Source: a virus (Duplodnaviria; Caudoviricetes). Taken from it: DNA of 38,421 nucleotides. The notes below the pieces were generated by a model. It was not told where the DNA came from, did not search any database, and saw only the letters and a program-made list of their open reading frames with translations. This document shows, one piece after another, positions 15,344 to 24,571 of the stretch. The position numbers were made by a program, and so were the translations under genes. Each line of letters starts with the position of its first letter. Positions within the stretch are counted from its first letter, which is position 1. The stretch lies in IMG/VR virus record IMGVR_UViG_3300037479_000370, positions 1 to 38,421 of that record. One strand, 5' to 3'.

Positions 15344-15856
15344 GTGCCCGAGTCGAAGCACGAGCAGATCGAGGAGGCCATCAAGAGCCGCCTCGCCTCC
15401 ATCGTCGGGGACAGCGGGGTCAACTGGTGGTTCACGCCCGACAGGGTGATCCGGTATCCGGCCTTCACCGAGCAGTGCCTCGACACCTCCCTCACGACCG
15501 TCTACGTACTGAGCCCGGACGAGGAAGAGGACGCGGAGGCGAGCACGGGGACCGCGGCCACCGGGGGCGGGATCAGGGCCCAGGCCCGGCTCGACCTGGT
15601 CCTGGCCACGCGGTACCAGGGTTCGGAGCACCCGTTTCAGGCCGAGGCGCCCCTGCGCGCCACGCTCCAGAACCGCATGGCCCGGGACGTGAAGAAGAAG
15701 CTCCGGGAGGACATCACGCTTGGCGGTGGCCTGGCCCGGAACCTCGACTTCATCCTGACAGATCGCGGTGCGGAGACCCACCATCCGGGATGGGCGATCG
15801 TGGCGATGCGCCTGCTGGTGACCTACTGGTACCAGGCGCTGGTGCCAGGCCCGTGA
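15344..15856 (+). CDS. Tail terminator protein
   Basis: EQIEEAIKSRLASI, DVKKKLREDITLGG, C-terminal LLVTY; synteny. Confidence 0.75.
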   Translation: MPESKHEQIEEAIKSRLASIVGDSGVNWWFTPDRVIRYPAFTEQCLDTSLTTVYVLSPDEEEDAEASTGTAATGGGIRAQARLDLVLATRYQGSEHPFQAEAPLRATLQNRMARDVKKKLREDITLGGGLARNLDFILTDRGAETHHPGWAIVAMRLLVTYWYQALVPGP

Positions 15857-16101
15857 GCGACCAGGAGCGACTGGCGGCCGTGGAGAAGGCGCTCAAGGTC
15901 CTCCAGGAGGAGCATGCCGCCCTCGCCGCCGACCACGAGCAGATCCGCGAGGCACTCGAGCGCCTGATCGACCTGATCGACGTCCAGCCGAAGAGGACGC
16001 CACGCGAGAACAGCTTGGCCGACTGGATGGCGTCGTTCCGAGCGCGTGCTCGTGCGAAGGAACGCGAATTGCGGGAGCGGGGGCTGCTCAATGGCCGATG
16101 A
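15853..16101 (+). CDS. Coiled-coil hypothetical protein (82 aa)
   Basis: GTGA-coupled; MSDQERLAAVEKALKVLQEEHAALAADHEQIREALERL heptads. Confidence 0.65.
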   Translation: MSDQERLAAVEKALKVLQEEHAALAADHEQIREALERLIDLIDVQPKRTPRENSLADWMASFRARARAKERELRERGLLNGR

Positions 16102-16402
16102 GCTGAACGTCCTGGTCGAGGTCACGAAGGTGATCCTCGGGGCGGTCTGCGGAGCTGGCGGCGTCGTGACGGCCCAACGCGTCCGGGCCCGCCGCAACGG
16201 CCACGCCGGCCACGGTGGAGAGCGACCGCAGTACGAACTGCTCGCGGTCGAGCCCGGATGGAAGGCCAGCGTCGACCGCGAGCTGGGCAAGCTCACCGCG
16301 GGCCTCGAGGCGCTCGAGGGGCACGTGTCGGAGGGGTTCCAGTCGATCCGTGACGACCTGCGCGAACTGCGGAACGTGATCGCCACGAAGGAGGGGTCAT
16401 GA
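16091..16402 (+). CDS. N-terminal TM plus coiled-coil protein (XhlA/BhlA-like architecture)
   Basis: VILGAVCGAGGVVTA, then RVRARR, then heptad-rich C-terminus. Confidence 0.6.
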   Translation: MADELNVLVEVTKVILGAVCGAGGVVTAQRVRARRNGHAGHGGERPQYELLAVEPGWKASVDRELGKLTAGLEALEGHVSEGFQSIRDDLRELRNVIATKEGS

Positions 16403-16851
16403 AGCTGATCTCGAAGCTGCCGGGTGGGGGTTATCACCCGGCGAGCGGGCTCCAGATCCCTCCGGCGGGGGAGACATTCGAGGTGGACGATGCCCGGGGC
16501 GTGGCCGCCTGCGTCGGCACGGTCGCGGGGCCCGCAGACGCTGCGGCCGGTGACCTCCTGGCCGCCCACCTCACCGCTGGCGCGGACGCGGCAGACGAGG
16601 CGGCGCGGGCCGCGGCCGAGCGAGCCCGCGACCTGAAGGCTCTGGCTGCCGCTGGCCAGGGAGAGGCGACCGCCATCGAGGTGGTGGCGGCCGTGAAGGC
16701 GGCGGACGACGCCCTGGCGATCGCGAAGAGGTCGAGGGACGCCGCACGTAGCGCCGAGGCGGCCGCCCGGGGTCTCAAGGGGAGCGGTGGCGTGAAGGAA
16801 AAGAGGCCCACCGGCGAGGTGGCCGCGTCGGCCGCGGGGAAGGGGGACTGA
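16399..16851 (+). CDS. Ala-rich hypothetical protein preceding the tail tube gene
   Basis: RBS GGAGGGG, ATGA overlap; N-terminal AGETFEVDDA motif then a helical Ala-rich region. Confidence 0.7.
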   Translation: MKLISKLPGGGYHPASGLQIPPAGETFEVDDARGVAACVGTVAGPADAAAGDLLAAHLTAGADAADEAARAAAERARDLKALAAAGQGEATAIEVVAAVKAADDALAIAKRSRDAARSAEAAARGLKGSGGVKEKRPTGEVAASAAGKGD

Positions 16852-16854
16852 GCC

Positions 16855-17922
16855 ATGGCGAGAGGCAAGGGCTTCCAGGGGATCATCGGGTTCGTCCCGG
16901 GCGTCACGTGGGGGACGGCCGTCGAGGCCAACGCCAGCCGCGGCATCCTGGCCGCGTCGCTCGAGTCCCCCGGCAACACCGAGCACATCATGAACCGCTC
17001 CATCACGGGGCGGGTCACCCGCAGGGAGTCTCGAGCCGGGAACCGCGTGGTCGACGTGACGCTGACCGTCGACCTCCGCTACGAGGGCGTCGAGCCCCTC
17101 ATCGCGTTCGCCTTGGGCCTGGCCGGCACGCCGGCCACCGTGGACGTCACCGCAAAGCAGCACGTGCTCAAGATCAAGGAGAGCCTCGACGGGATCTTCT
17201 CGTGCCTCGCCTACGAATTGATCAAGGACACCAAGGTCATCGAGATCCCGTCCGTGAAGTGGACGGGGCTCACCCTGCGGATCAAGCAGGGGGCGAGCCC
17301 GGAGCTGGAGATCCGCGGCATCGGCTTCGACTGGAAGGACAGCTCCTCGATCAACACGACGACCACGATCGACACCGTGACCGTGCCGGGGATCGACGAA
17401 TACGCGATCTTCAGCCAGGTCGCGTACCTCATGAACGCGCAGGGTGGCGCCGCGCTCGCCGCGGGCGACGCAGTCCACGTCTCCGAGCTGGAGCTCGCGG
17501 TCGAGCGGGCGATGCGGCGGATCTTCTCGACCCAGTTCGGCGACAAGACGAGCGAGCCCACCGAACAGGAGTTCCTGAAGGTCTCGGGCTCGCTCAAGTT
17601 CGAGGAGCTGAAGGACGGGACGGGCGGCAGCGTCCCGTTTATGGCCGAGCAGATGTCGCTCACCCGGAAGAAGGCGACCGTCACGATCACGAGTCCCACG
17701 CTGGCGGGCGCGGCGACGCAACCCTACCAGCACAAGCTCTGGCTGCCGAACCTCCAGTTCGGCGCCGGAAAGCCCGGGATCAGCGGTCCCGACACCATCC
17801 AGTGGACGCTCCCGTTCGAGGCGTTCCACGTGACCACCATCCCCACGGGGTTCCCGGCCGGGTACGACGGGGCGCTGACCTGGGAGGTCTTCAGCCAGCG
17901 GGCGGGGGACGCTCTGCTGTAG
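16855..17922 (+). CDS. Major tail tube protein
   Basis: 355 aa, beta-rich; TWGTAV, KVSGSLKFE, LWLPNLQF, GPDTIQWTLPFEA; synteny; no sheath gene present. Confidence 0.85.
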   Translation: MARGKGFQGIIGFVPGVTWGTAVEANASRGILAASLESPGNTEHIMNRSITGRVTRRESRAGNRVVDVTLTVDLRYEGVEPLIAFALGLAGTPATVDVTAKQHVLKIKESLDGIFSCLAYELIKDTKVIEIPSVKWTGLTLRIKQGASPELEIRGIGFDWKDSSSINTTTTIDTVTVPGIDEYAIFSQVAYLMNAQGGAALAAGDAVHVSELELAVERAMRRIFSTQFGDKTSEPTEQEFLKVSGSLKFEELKDGTGGSVPFMAEQMSLTRKKATVTITSPTLAGAATQPYQHKLWLPNLQFGAGKPGISGPDTIQWTLPFEAFHVTTIPTGFPAGYDGALTWEVFSQRAGDALL

Positions 17923-17986
17923 GCAAGCTGGGGGCTGCCCGCGTCGGGAGACAGCTAGCGGCCCCGCACGAGACGGAGAGGGACGC

Positions 17987-18484
17987 ATGCCGCTCTTGAA
18001 GGTGAGGGGGAACCCGGAGGCGCACCCAGGTGAGTGGGTCGACTACCAGGTCGACCCCGAGAACAAGAAGCCTGTCCGTTTCCGGATCCGATCCCTGCCC
18101 GAGGCGAAGGAGCGGGAGATCGGCCGGAAGCACCTGGGCCGAAAGTTCGAGATGTTCCTGCGGCGCCGCAAGGCTTCGGTCGAGCACGACCTCGAGAAAC
18201 TGGACGCCGCGAACGCCGAAGCCGCCGAGTGGTGCTGGCTCGACAGCGAGAACTTCCTGGGCGTCGCCGAGGATTCGGAGGGCGCCGAGGAGTACGGGAA
18301 GCTCCTCGGGATCACCATCGGCGTCGGCGAGCAGTTCACGTTCGACGGTCGGCTGACGGTGGCCGTCAAGCGCCATCTGCTCGGCCTCCACCATCACCTC
18401 GCGGCCTGGATCGTGGAGCGGGCGAAGGACGCGCAGCTGCGTTCGGACGAGGAGCGTGCGGAGGAGGAAACGGGAAAAGGCTGA
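17987..18484 (+). CDS. Tail assembly chaperone (gpG-like)
   Basis: Between tail tube and tape measure; ends ...EEETGKG* over a slippery site. Confidence 0.85.
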   Translation: MPLLKVRGNPEAHPGEWVDYQVDPENKKPVRFRIRSLPEAKEREIGRKHLGRKFEMFLRRRKASVEHDLEKLDAANAEAAEWCWLDSENFLGVAEDSEGAEEYGKLLGITIGVGEQFTFDGRLTVAVKRHLLGLHHHLAAWIVERAKDAQLRSDEERAEEETGKG

Positions 18485-19017
18485 ACCTCGTCGAATTCTT
18501 CCGGTTCCGCTTCAACCCCGCGCTCCAAAGCATCACCGAGCTACGCTGTCGCTTCTGCGCGTACTACGAGGGGAGCGTGGTGCAGAGCGAGGAGGAAGCA
18601 CGCCAGTGTGCCCGGTTCCCCGAGGTCAGGAGGGTCCCGACGATCGGCGAGGAGCTGGTGATCGAGCCTTGCGTCCGTCCCGAGCAGTATCCGGAGCAGC
18701 CGACAGGCGCCCTCGGTGAGCGTCCGCGTGGCAACGCCGGCTTCCCGTGTCCGCGGTCGGAGCTGGATCCGGACAACCGGGCGGCCGCAGACCTGGTCTA
18801 CTACGCGATCGACGAGGAGCTGGGACGCCTCGCGTCTGTGGCGTTCCGGGAGCTGACGCGGGCGATGGATCCGGACGAGCGAGCGGCCGTACTCGGGCGA
18901 ATCGCTGCGGTCCTCGGCGATCCCCAGGTCGCGGCGTATCGCCGGGCAGCCCGCGAGGTGGCGCTGAAAGAATCGCGCGACCGAGCACGAGAGAACGCCA
19001 AGTCGGTCCGTGGCTGA
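17987..19017 (+). CDS. gpGT-like frameshift product with Cys-rich C-terminal domain
   Basis: The -1 frame after the slip reads RLNLVEFFRFRFNP...CRFC...C...C...CP...AKSVRG* and has no obvious independent start. Confidence 0.8.
18472..18478 (+). promoter_or_regulatory. -1 programmed ribosomal frameshift heptamer G GGA AAA
   Basis: X XXY YYZ pattern in the gpG frame just before its stop; the -1 frame is open to 19017. Confidence 0.88.
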
Positions 19018-22000
19018 AGTCAAGTTGAACATCGTCGTCGATGGGGTCTCTGGGGCAGTGAGGTCCGTCAGCTCGCTCGTCGGCGAGATGGACAAGCTCG
19101 ACGTGTCGTCCCGAAAGGCGTCGAAGGGTTTGGACATTACTTCGGCCGCCCTCAAGGGCATCGGTGCCGGGGTCCTTGCGGTCTCGACCTTCCTCGCCGC
19201 CGGCGTCACCCAGCTTGCGCGCTACGGGTCTCAGATCTCCGACCTGTCGGCTCGAACGGCCTTCAGCACGCGAACGCTCCAGGAATGGCGATTCGCGGCA
19301 TCGCTCGTCGGCGTCGAGACCCAGGAGGTCGCTCAGGGCGCCGCCAAGATGGCCAAGGCCGTGACCGAGGGCTCCTCAGTCTTCCGGCGGCTCGGGCTCG
19401 ATCTCCAGCAGCTCCGGGCCATGTCGCCCGAGGAGCAGTTCCGGGCCGTGGCCGCGGCGATCGCCGCTATCCGGGATCCCACCCAGCAGGCCGCAGCCGC
19501 CATGGAGGGGTTCGGCAAGGGCGGCGCCGCGCTCCTGCCCCTCATCCGGTCCGATCTGGCGGGGGCCGCGGAGGAGGCCCGCCGGCTCGGCCTCATCCTC
19601 TCGGACGAGACGATCGCGGCCGCCGACAAGCTCGACGACGAGGTGACCAAGCTCGGCCACGCCTGGGACGTCCTCACGATGTCCATCGGGGGTGCGATCC
19701 TCCCCGAGGTCACCGCGGCGGTGCAGGCGCTCACCACCTGGATCGCCCGGAACAAGGATGCGATCGTCGAGTGGGTCCGGGGCGCGATCGAGGTCGCCAA
19801 GGCCGCCCTCTCAGGCCTCCGGTCGGCCATCGAGGTGATCACCGCGCCACTCCGCCTGCTGATCTCGATCTTCGCGGAGCTGGTGCAACACGGGCCGCTC
19901 GTCGCGACCGCCATCGGGACCATCGGAGTGGCCGTCACCGGGGCGCTGGGTCCGGTCGGACTCCTCTCGTTCGCCCTGGCCGGACTGCTGGCTCTCTTCC
20001 CGAGACTCGACCCCGAGACGCGGGCCGCGACGGTCGCGATCGGGGCGTTCGGTGTGGCGCTCACCGTCCTGCTCGGCCCCTTGGGGTTGGTCATCACCGG
20101 CGTGGGGCTGCTGGTCGCCGCGATCGAGAGGCTCAAGCTGCCGCCGCTGCCGCCGATGTCTGCGGAGTTTCGGAAGGACCTCGAGGATACGGGGAAGGCG
20201 GCGGTCACGGCGGTGGGCGCGGCATTCCCCGTCGTGAATCAACTCGCCGGCGCCGTGAAGCAACTGAGCGAGCGCATGAACGAAGGCCGGGTCGAGGCCG
20301 AGCGGTGGGGAATGGGCGTGCGGATGATGGCGGCGGCCCGGACTACGCTCCTCGTCGGCACGAGCATCGGACATCTTCAGTCGTTTCTACCGCCCCCCGA
20401 GCAGGTCCGGTTCGCCACCGAAGAGCAACGTCGGAGGGCCGAACAGGCTCAAGAGGCGTGGGTCCGCGCCGCCGAGGGAGCCCGGAAGGAGTGGGACGCG
20501 TTCTACCAGGATCTCCGGGATCCCCGCCGTCTGGGGTCCACCTTCCAGGAGGAGATCAACAAGCGCACCCGCACGATGTTCCTGCCGCCGGAGAAGCAGC
20601 TCGAGGCGGTTCTCCGGGGCGGGACCGGCGTCGGCGCTGGCGACACGCTGCGCGAGCTCGAGCAGCTCCGGACCTTCGGTCCGATCGCCGAGGTCGACGA
20701 GATCGTGGTCAAGTTCATCGACTGGCGCCAGGCGTTGCAGGACGTGACCAACGCCTTCCAGGTCCTGGGCATCAGCTCGGACTCGATGCTGGGCCGCGTC
20801 CTCGGTGGGCTGACCGCAGGCGCGAACGCTCTCGCGCAGATGAAGGCCCTCGCTGGCGGGCTCGACTTCTCGAAGCTCGGCGCCCTCTTCAGCGGCAAAC
20901 TCGGACCCGAGCAGCTCCTTGGCGGCATCGGCGCCGGTCTTCAGCTCGGCGCCGCGGCCGTCTCGATCGGCAAGGGGATCGTCGGCCTCTTCACCGACTC
21001 GCCGGCCGAGAAGGCCGCCAAGGCCGCGGCCCGAGCCTTCGGCGAGCGCGTGTCGAAGGAGCTGGCCGAGGCGATCGCTGAGACGGCCGAGAAGCTCGAC
21101 GTCGACTTCAACGTCGCCTCGCTCCTGCACCTCACGGACGCGATGGACGAGCTGGGAAAGAAGGCCCACGACATGGCCCCCCAGGTCGCCCAGCTCATGG
21201 CCGGGATCGCCAACGGCACGATTCCGGCCCGGGAGGGACTGGAGCAGCTCGACGACGTCTTCCGCCGCGTCCGGGAGGAGGCGGACGCCGCCGGGGTCGT
21301 GGGCGACCGCATGACCGTGACGATGCTCCGCCAGGCCCAGGCCACGGGGCAGCTCACGGACGAGATGCGGGCCTTCCTCAAGGCCCAGGACGAGTTGATC
21401 ACCAAGGGCGCTGCGGCTCTCGCTGGCGGCCTGGAGAAGATCGACCCCTCCCGCCTGTCGGCGGCTTCGGGCGAAGCCGCCGCTCGGTTCTTCGCCCTCG
21501 GCTTCCAGCAGGCGATGGACGAGGGCGGGATCCTCGGCGCCCTCGACGCCCTCGGCGAGCAGGTCCTGTCCGCCCGGGACAAGTTCAGGGAGTCCGGCAA
21601 CGAGGCCGCGGCGGCGTTCCTCGACCCGTTCGCCCGCATGCAGGAGGTGATCGGCGGGGACGAGCACCTCCGCGGCCTCCTGGAGATGGCCCACGGCATG
21701 GGTCAGATCTTCGAGGGTGCGGCGAACAAGGGCACGGCCACGGTGCAGATGTTCAGCGACCTCGGCTCGGTCCTCGCCGACACGCAGGAACAGCTCGAGG
21801 CCGGCGGGCTCAACACGAAGGACTCGATCGCCGCGATCATGCCCGAGCTGACGAAGCTCGTCTCGGCCGCCCAGCAGGCCGGGGTCGCGCTGGACCCGGT
21901 GACTCAGGGCCTCGTCGACCAAGCGAAGGAGATGGGCTTCGTCTTCCCGGTCGATCCCTTCGTGCAGATCCGGGATGTCCTCGTCTCGATTGCCGAGGTC

Positions 22001-22783
22001 CTGGGGGCGGACGTCCCGTCCTTAGTCACGGCCAGCTCGACCGCCGTGACCGGGCTCGGCACCACAGCGACCACCACCCTCGACAGCATCGGGGCGGCGA
22101 GCGTTGGAGTCGCGGAGACGGCCTCCGCGGGCTGGGTCCAGGCCTCGGCCACGATCGGCTCCTCGCTCAACGAGGGGCTCGTGCCCCTGGCGACGGGGGC
22201 GTTCGAGCACATGGGCACCGTGGCCCAGGACACGGGGGACTGGGTCAAGGTCTCCTGGCACTCCGGGATCTCCCTCATCGCCGGCGCGATCGACGACACG
22301 GTGCCGAAGATCGAAGAGGGCTTCGGTCGGATGCGGGACGTCGCCGTCGAACCGCTCAACACGATCATCGGCAAGGTCCATGCGATCGGCGCGGGTTTCG
22401 ACGCTGCGACTCAGGCCGCGCAAACGTTCGGCCACACGCTGTCGCACCTGGACTCCAGCACGCCGAGCAACTCGAACAACTCGGGGCCGCCCGAGAAGAC
22501 CGCCCAAGTGGGCTTGCCCCCGACGCTGATCAGCTACGAGCAGCTCCTGCGCGTGCATCCTGGCGAGCAGGTAGAGGTGGCGCCGGTGGGTGAGCGGCTC
22601 ACCGGAGGGCGTGGTGGATCGGTCCAGTTCGGTGACGTCCACATCACGGCGCCGCCGGGGCTCTCGGCCGGAGAGGGGGCACGCTTCGGCCGCGACGCGG
22701 CGCGGTCGTTCATCCAGCAGCTCCGGCGCAACCACAAGGGGCTGAAGTCGGAAGTGCGAGCTGCGACCAGCGACAGGAGGTAG
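19010..22783 (+). CDS. Tape measure protein (1257 aa)
   Basis: Long helical Ala/Gly-rich ORF after G/GT; ISDLSART...LQEW, FGKGGAALLPLI; internal hydrophobic segments. Confidence 0.93.
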   Translation: MAEVKLNIVVDGVSGAVRSVSSLVGEMDKLDVSSRKASKGLDITSAALKGIGAGVLAVSTFLAAGVTQLARYGSQISDLSARTAFSTRTLQEWRFAASLVGVETQEVAQGAAKMAKAVTEGSSVFRRLGLDLQQLRAMSPEEQFRAVAAAIAAIRDPTQQAAAAMEGFGKGGAALLPLIRSDLAGAAEEARRLGLILSDETIAAADKLDDEVTKLGHAWDVLTMSIGGAILPEVTAAVQALTTWIARNKDAIVEWVRGAIEVAKAALSGLRSAIEVITAPLRLLISIFAELVQHGPLVATAIGTIGVAVTGALGPVGLLSFALAGLLALFPRLDPETRAATVAIGAFGVALTVLLGPLGLVITGVGLLVAAIERLKLPPLPPMSAEFRKDLEDTGKAAVTAVGAAFPVVNQLAGAVKQLSERMNEGRVEAERWGMGVRMMAAARTTLLVGTSIGHLQSFLPPPEQVRFATEEQRRRAEQAQEAWVRAAEGARKEWDAFYQDLRDPRRLGSTFQEEINKRTRTMFLPPEKQLEAVLRGGTGVGAGDTLRELEQLRTFGPIAEVDEIVVKFIDWRQALQDVTNAFQVLGISSDSMLGRVLGGLTAGANALAQMKALAGGLDFSKLGALFSGKLGPEQLLGGIGAGLQLGAAAVSIGKGIVGLFTDSPAEKAAKAAARAFGERVSKELAEAIAETAEKLDVDFNVASLLHLTDAMDELGKKAHDMAPQVAQLMAGIANGTIPAREGLEQLDDVFRRVREEADAAGVVGDRMTVTMLRQAQATGQLTDEMRAFLKAQDELITKGAAALAGGLEKIDPSRLSAASGEAAARFFALGFQQAMDEGGILGALDALGEQVLSARDKFRESGNEAAAAFLDPFARMQEVIGGDEHLRGLLEMAHGMGQIFEGAANKGTATVQMFSDLGSVLADTQEQLEAGGLNTKDSIAAIMPELTKLVSAAQQAGVALDPVTQGLVDQAKEMGFVFPVDPFVQIRDVLVSIAEVLGADVPSLVTASSTAVTGLGTTATTTLDSIGAASVGVAETASAGWVQASATIGSSLNEGLVPLATGAFEHMGTVAQDTGDWVKVSWHSGISLIAGAIDDTVPKIEEGFGRMRDVAVEPLNTIIGKVHAIGAGFDAATQAAQTFGHTLSHLDSSTPSNSNNSGPPEKTAQVGLPPTLISYEQLLRVHPGEQVEVAPVGERLTGGRGGSVQFGDVHITAPPGLSAGEGARFGRDAARSFIQQLRRNHKGLKSEVRAATSDRR

Positions 22784-22786
22784 AGC

Positions 22787-23215
22787 ATGGTCTTCCGGGC
22801 GCCGTTCACAGGCGAGGGCGACGGCCCGACCGACTTCGCTTCTGAGGAGCGGACGACCGACGTCCATCACCAGAGCGTTGGGGTTTCCCCGGAGTACACC
22901 ACGGGCCGGCTCACGCGGGCGAAGATCGACCACGCCACCTCTGGGGACAACACGATCATCAGCGCGCCCGGCGCGGGCCTGAGGATCCGGATCTATGGCC
23001 TCCTCCTGAAGCCTGGTGTCGTCAACGTCAAGCTGAAGGACAGCACGCCGACCGATCTGACAGGGGCGATGGTCTTCGCCAGCGGTGACGGCACGCTGGT
23101 ACTGCCGATCTCGCCCGAGCCGTACTTCGAGCTGGCGGCGGCCACGGCGTTCGTGATCAACCTCTCGGGTGCGGTGAACGTCTCCGGCGCGGTCTGGTAC
23201 AAGGTCGCGGCCTAA
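22787..23215 (+). CDS. Small beta-sandwich virion protein
   Basis: 142 aa; IISAPGAGLRIRIYGLLL...FVINLSGAVNVSGAVWY jelly-roll-like pattern. Confidence 0.65.
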   Translation: MVFRAPFTGEGDGPTDFASEERTTDVHHQSVGVSPEYTTGRLTRAKIDHATSGDNTIISAPGAGLRIRIYGLLLKPGVVNVKLKDSTPTDLTGAMVFASGDGTLVLPISPEPYFELAAATAFVINLSGAVNVSGAVWYKVAA

Positions 23216-23218
23216 GAC

Positions 23219-24565
23219 GTGCTGGCCCCGCTGCATCAGAGCGCCGGACTGCTGACGCCGAAAGTGGCGACAGCACTCGCGAGGCCGGGCGTGACGCTCG
23301 CGTGGCTCGTGGACATCACGTGGCCCGGCGGAGCCGGCCGCTACTCCATGCGCGACTTCAGCTCGGCTTCCCGGGGGCTGTACAAGGGCGTGCTGCGTGA
23401 CGCCGGAGTGTACGAGTACGGCGTCAGCGACCGGAAGTTCGGGATCGAGACCCAGGAGCCATCGATCGTCGTCGAGGACCTCGACTACGAGATCGCGGAC
23501 CGGATCCAGGAGGGCGGAGCCTACGGCGCTCCGGTCAAGGTCCGCCTGGCGGTGCAGGACGTGTCATCCACCGAGTGGCCGGTGATCTTCGTCGGTGTGC
23601 TGCGCGAGTGGGAGGAAGTCGAGCCGCTCGTCTGGCGCCTGACGTTTGGATACGACGACGCCGAGCTCTACAGCGACTTCCCTCGTACGGTGATCCCCCC
23701 CGAGGACTTCCCGCAGGCGTCGGAGGAGGCGCGCTCGATGGTGGCACCGCTGATCTACGGCCTCCACAAGAGCGATGGCGTCGGCTTCACCGGGATGATC
23801 TCGGTCCGCGTCATCGATCGCACCCAGCCGGACTACATGGTCTCGCGGGCGTTTCTCGGTGTCCACAACGAGTTCGTGGATGGCGCCAAGGTGACGCCCC
23901 CCACCGGCTCGGTTGAAGGTCCGCTCAGGGGTGGGAGGTTGTATACGGTCGTCGAGGGTAACGAGTTCTTGCCGGCGGTCTCGCCCCCGGGCACGCAGGT
24001 GACGGTCACCGTCGATCCCGATGGCCTCCTCGAGTCGCCGGTGACGCTCTCTCCCCGTATCGAGAACGGTGCGGACATCATCCTCCACATCGCGGACAAC
24101 TGGATCTGGGCGGAGTACACCAAGGAGCAGGTCTGGCTCTCCGGGACCTCGCCGGTCCACCTCGGATGGATCGACTCGGTCCGGAAGTTCTTCCGCGCGC
24201 GCGGGTACAAGTCGGGGCGCTTCATCGCGACGAAGCAACAGGCCGTGAACCTCATCGAGGAGTGGTGCTACTGCCACCAGTGCCCCGTGTTCTGGACGAT
24301 GAACGGTCGTCTCGCCTTCCGGATCGCGGACGACTCGATTCACAACGTGTGGAATCACCCCTGGGTCAAGTACCACGAGGGCGAGCTAGGGCCGCTCTCC
24401 CTTCGGTTCGAGGCTGTCGACCTGGTCCGCCAGATCGACGGCCGCTACTTGTACCACGAGGCCGCCGGGAGCTTTCAGTTCGCCCTCTCGATCGTGGATC
24501 ACAACGTCCCCTTTCCCACGGCCGAGGCGTTCGACGATCCCTGGTCTCACCACGCCGTGGACTGA
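23219..24565 (+). CDS. Tail tip / baseplate hub-like protein
   Basis: LVDITW, YKGVL, IFVGVL, PLIYG motifs; position after the tape measure gene. Confidence 0.7.
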   Translation: MLAPLHQSAGLLTPKVATALARPGVTLAWLVDITWPGGAGRYSMRDFSSASRGLYKGVLRDAGVYEYGVSDRKFGIETQEPSIVVEDLDYEIADRIQEGGAYGAPVKVRLAVQDVSSTEWPVIFVGVLREWEEVEPLVWRLTFGYDDAELYSDFPRTVIPPEDFPQASEEARSMVAPLIYGLHKSDGVGFTGMISVRVIDRTQPDYMVSRAFLGVHNEFVDGAKVTPPTGSVEGPLRGGRLYTVVEGNEFLPAVSPPGTQVTVTVDPDGLLESPVTLSPRIENGADIILHIADNWIWAEYTKEQVWLSGTSPVHLGWIDSVRKFFRARGYKSGRFIATKQQAVNLIEEWCYCHQCPVFWTMNGRLAFRIADDSIHNVWNHPWVKYHEGELGPLSLRFEAVDLVRQIDGRYLYHEAAGSFQFALSIVDHNVPFPTAEAFDDPWSHHAVD

Positions 24566-24571
24566 CCGCAG

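Noticed and set aside
15823-17988. Long antisense and alternate-frame ORFs (e.g. 15823-17988, 7246-9174, 11651-13249, 19285-21081, 20387-21922)
   Set aside because: Shadow ORFs of high-GC coding sequence: Arg/Gly/Pro-rich, no motifs, and fully overlapping well-supported genes
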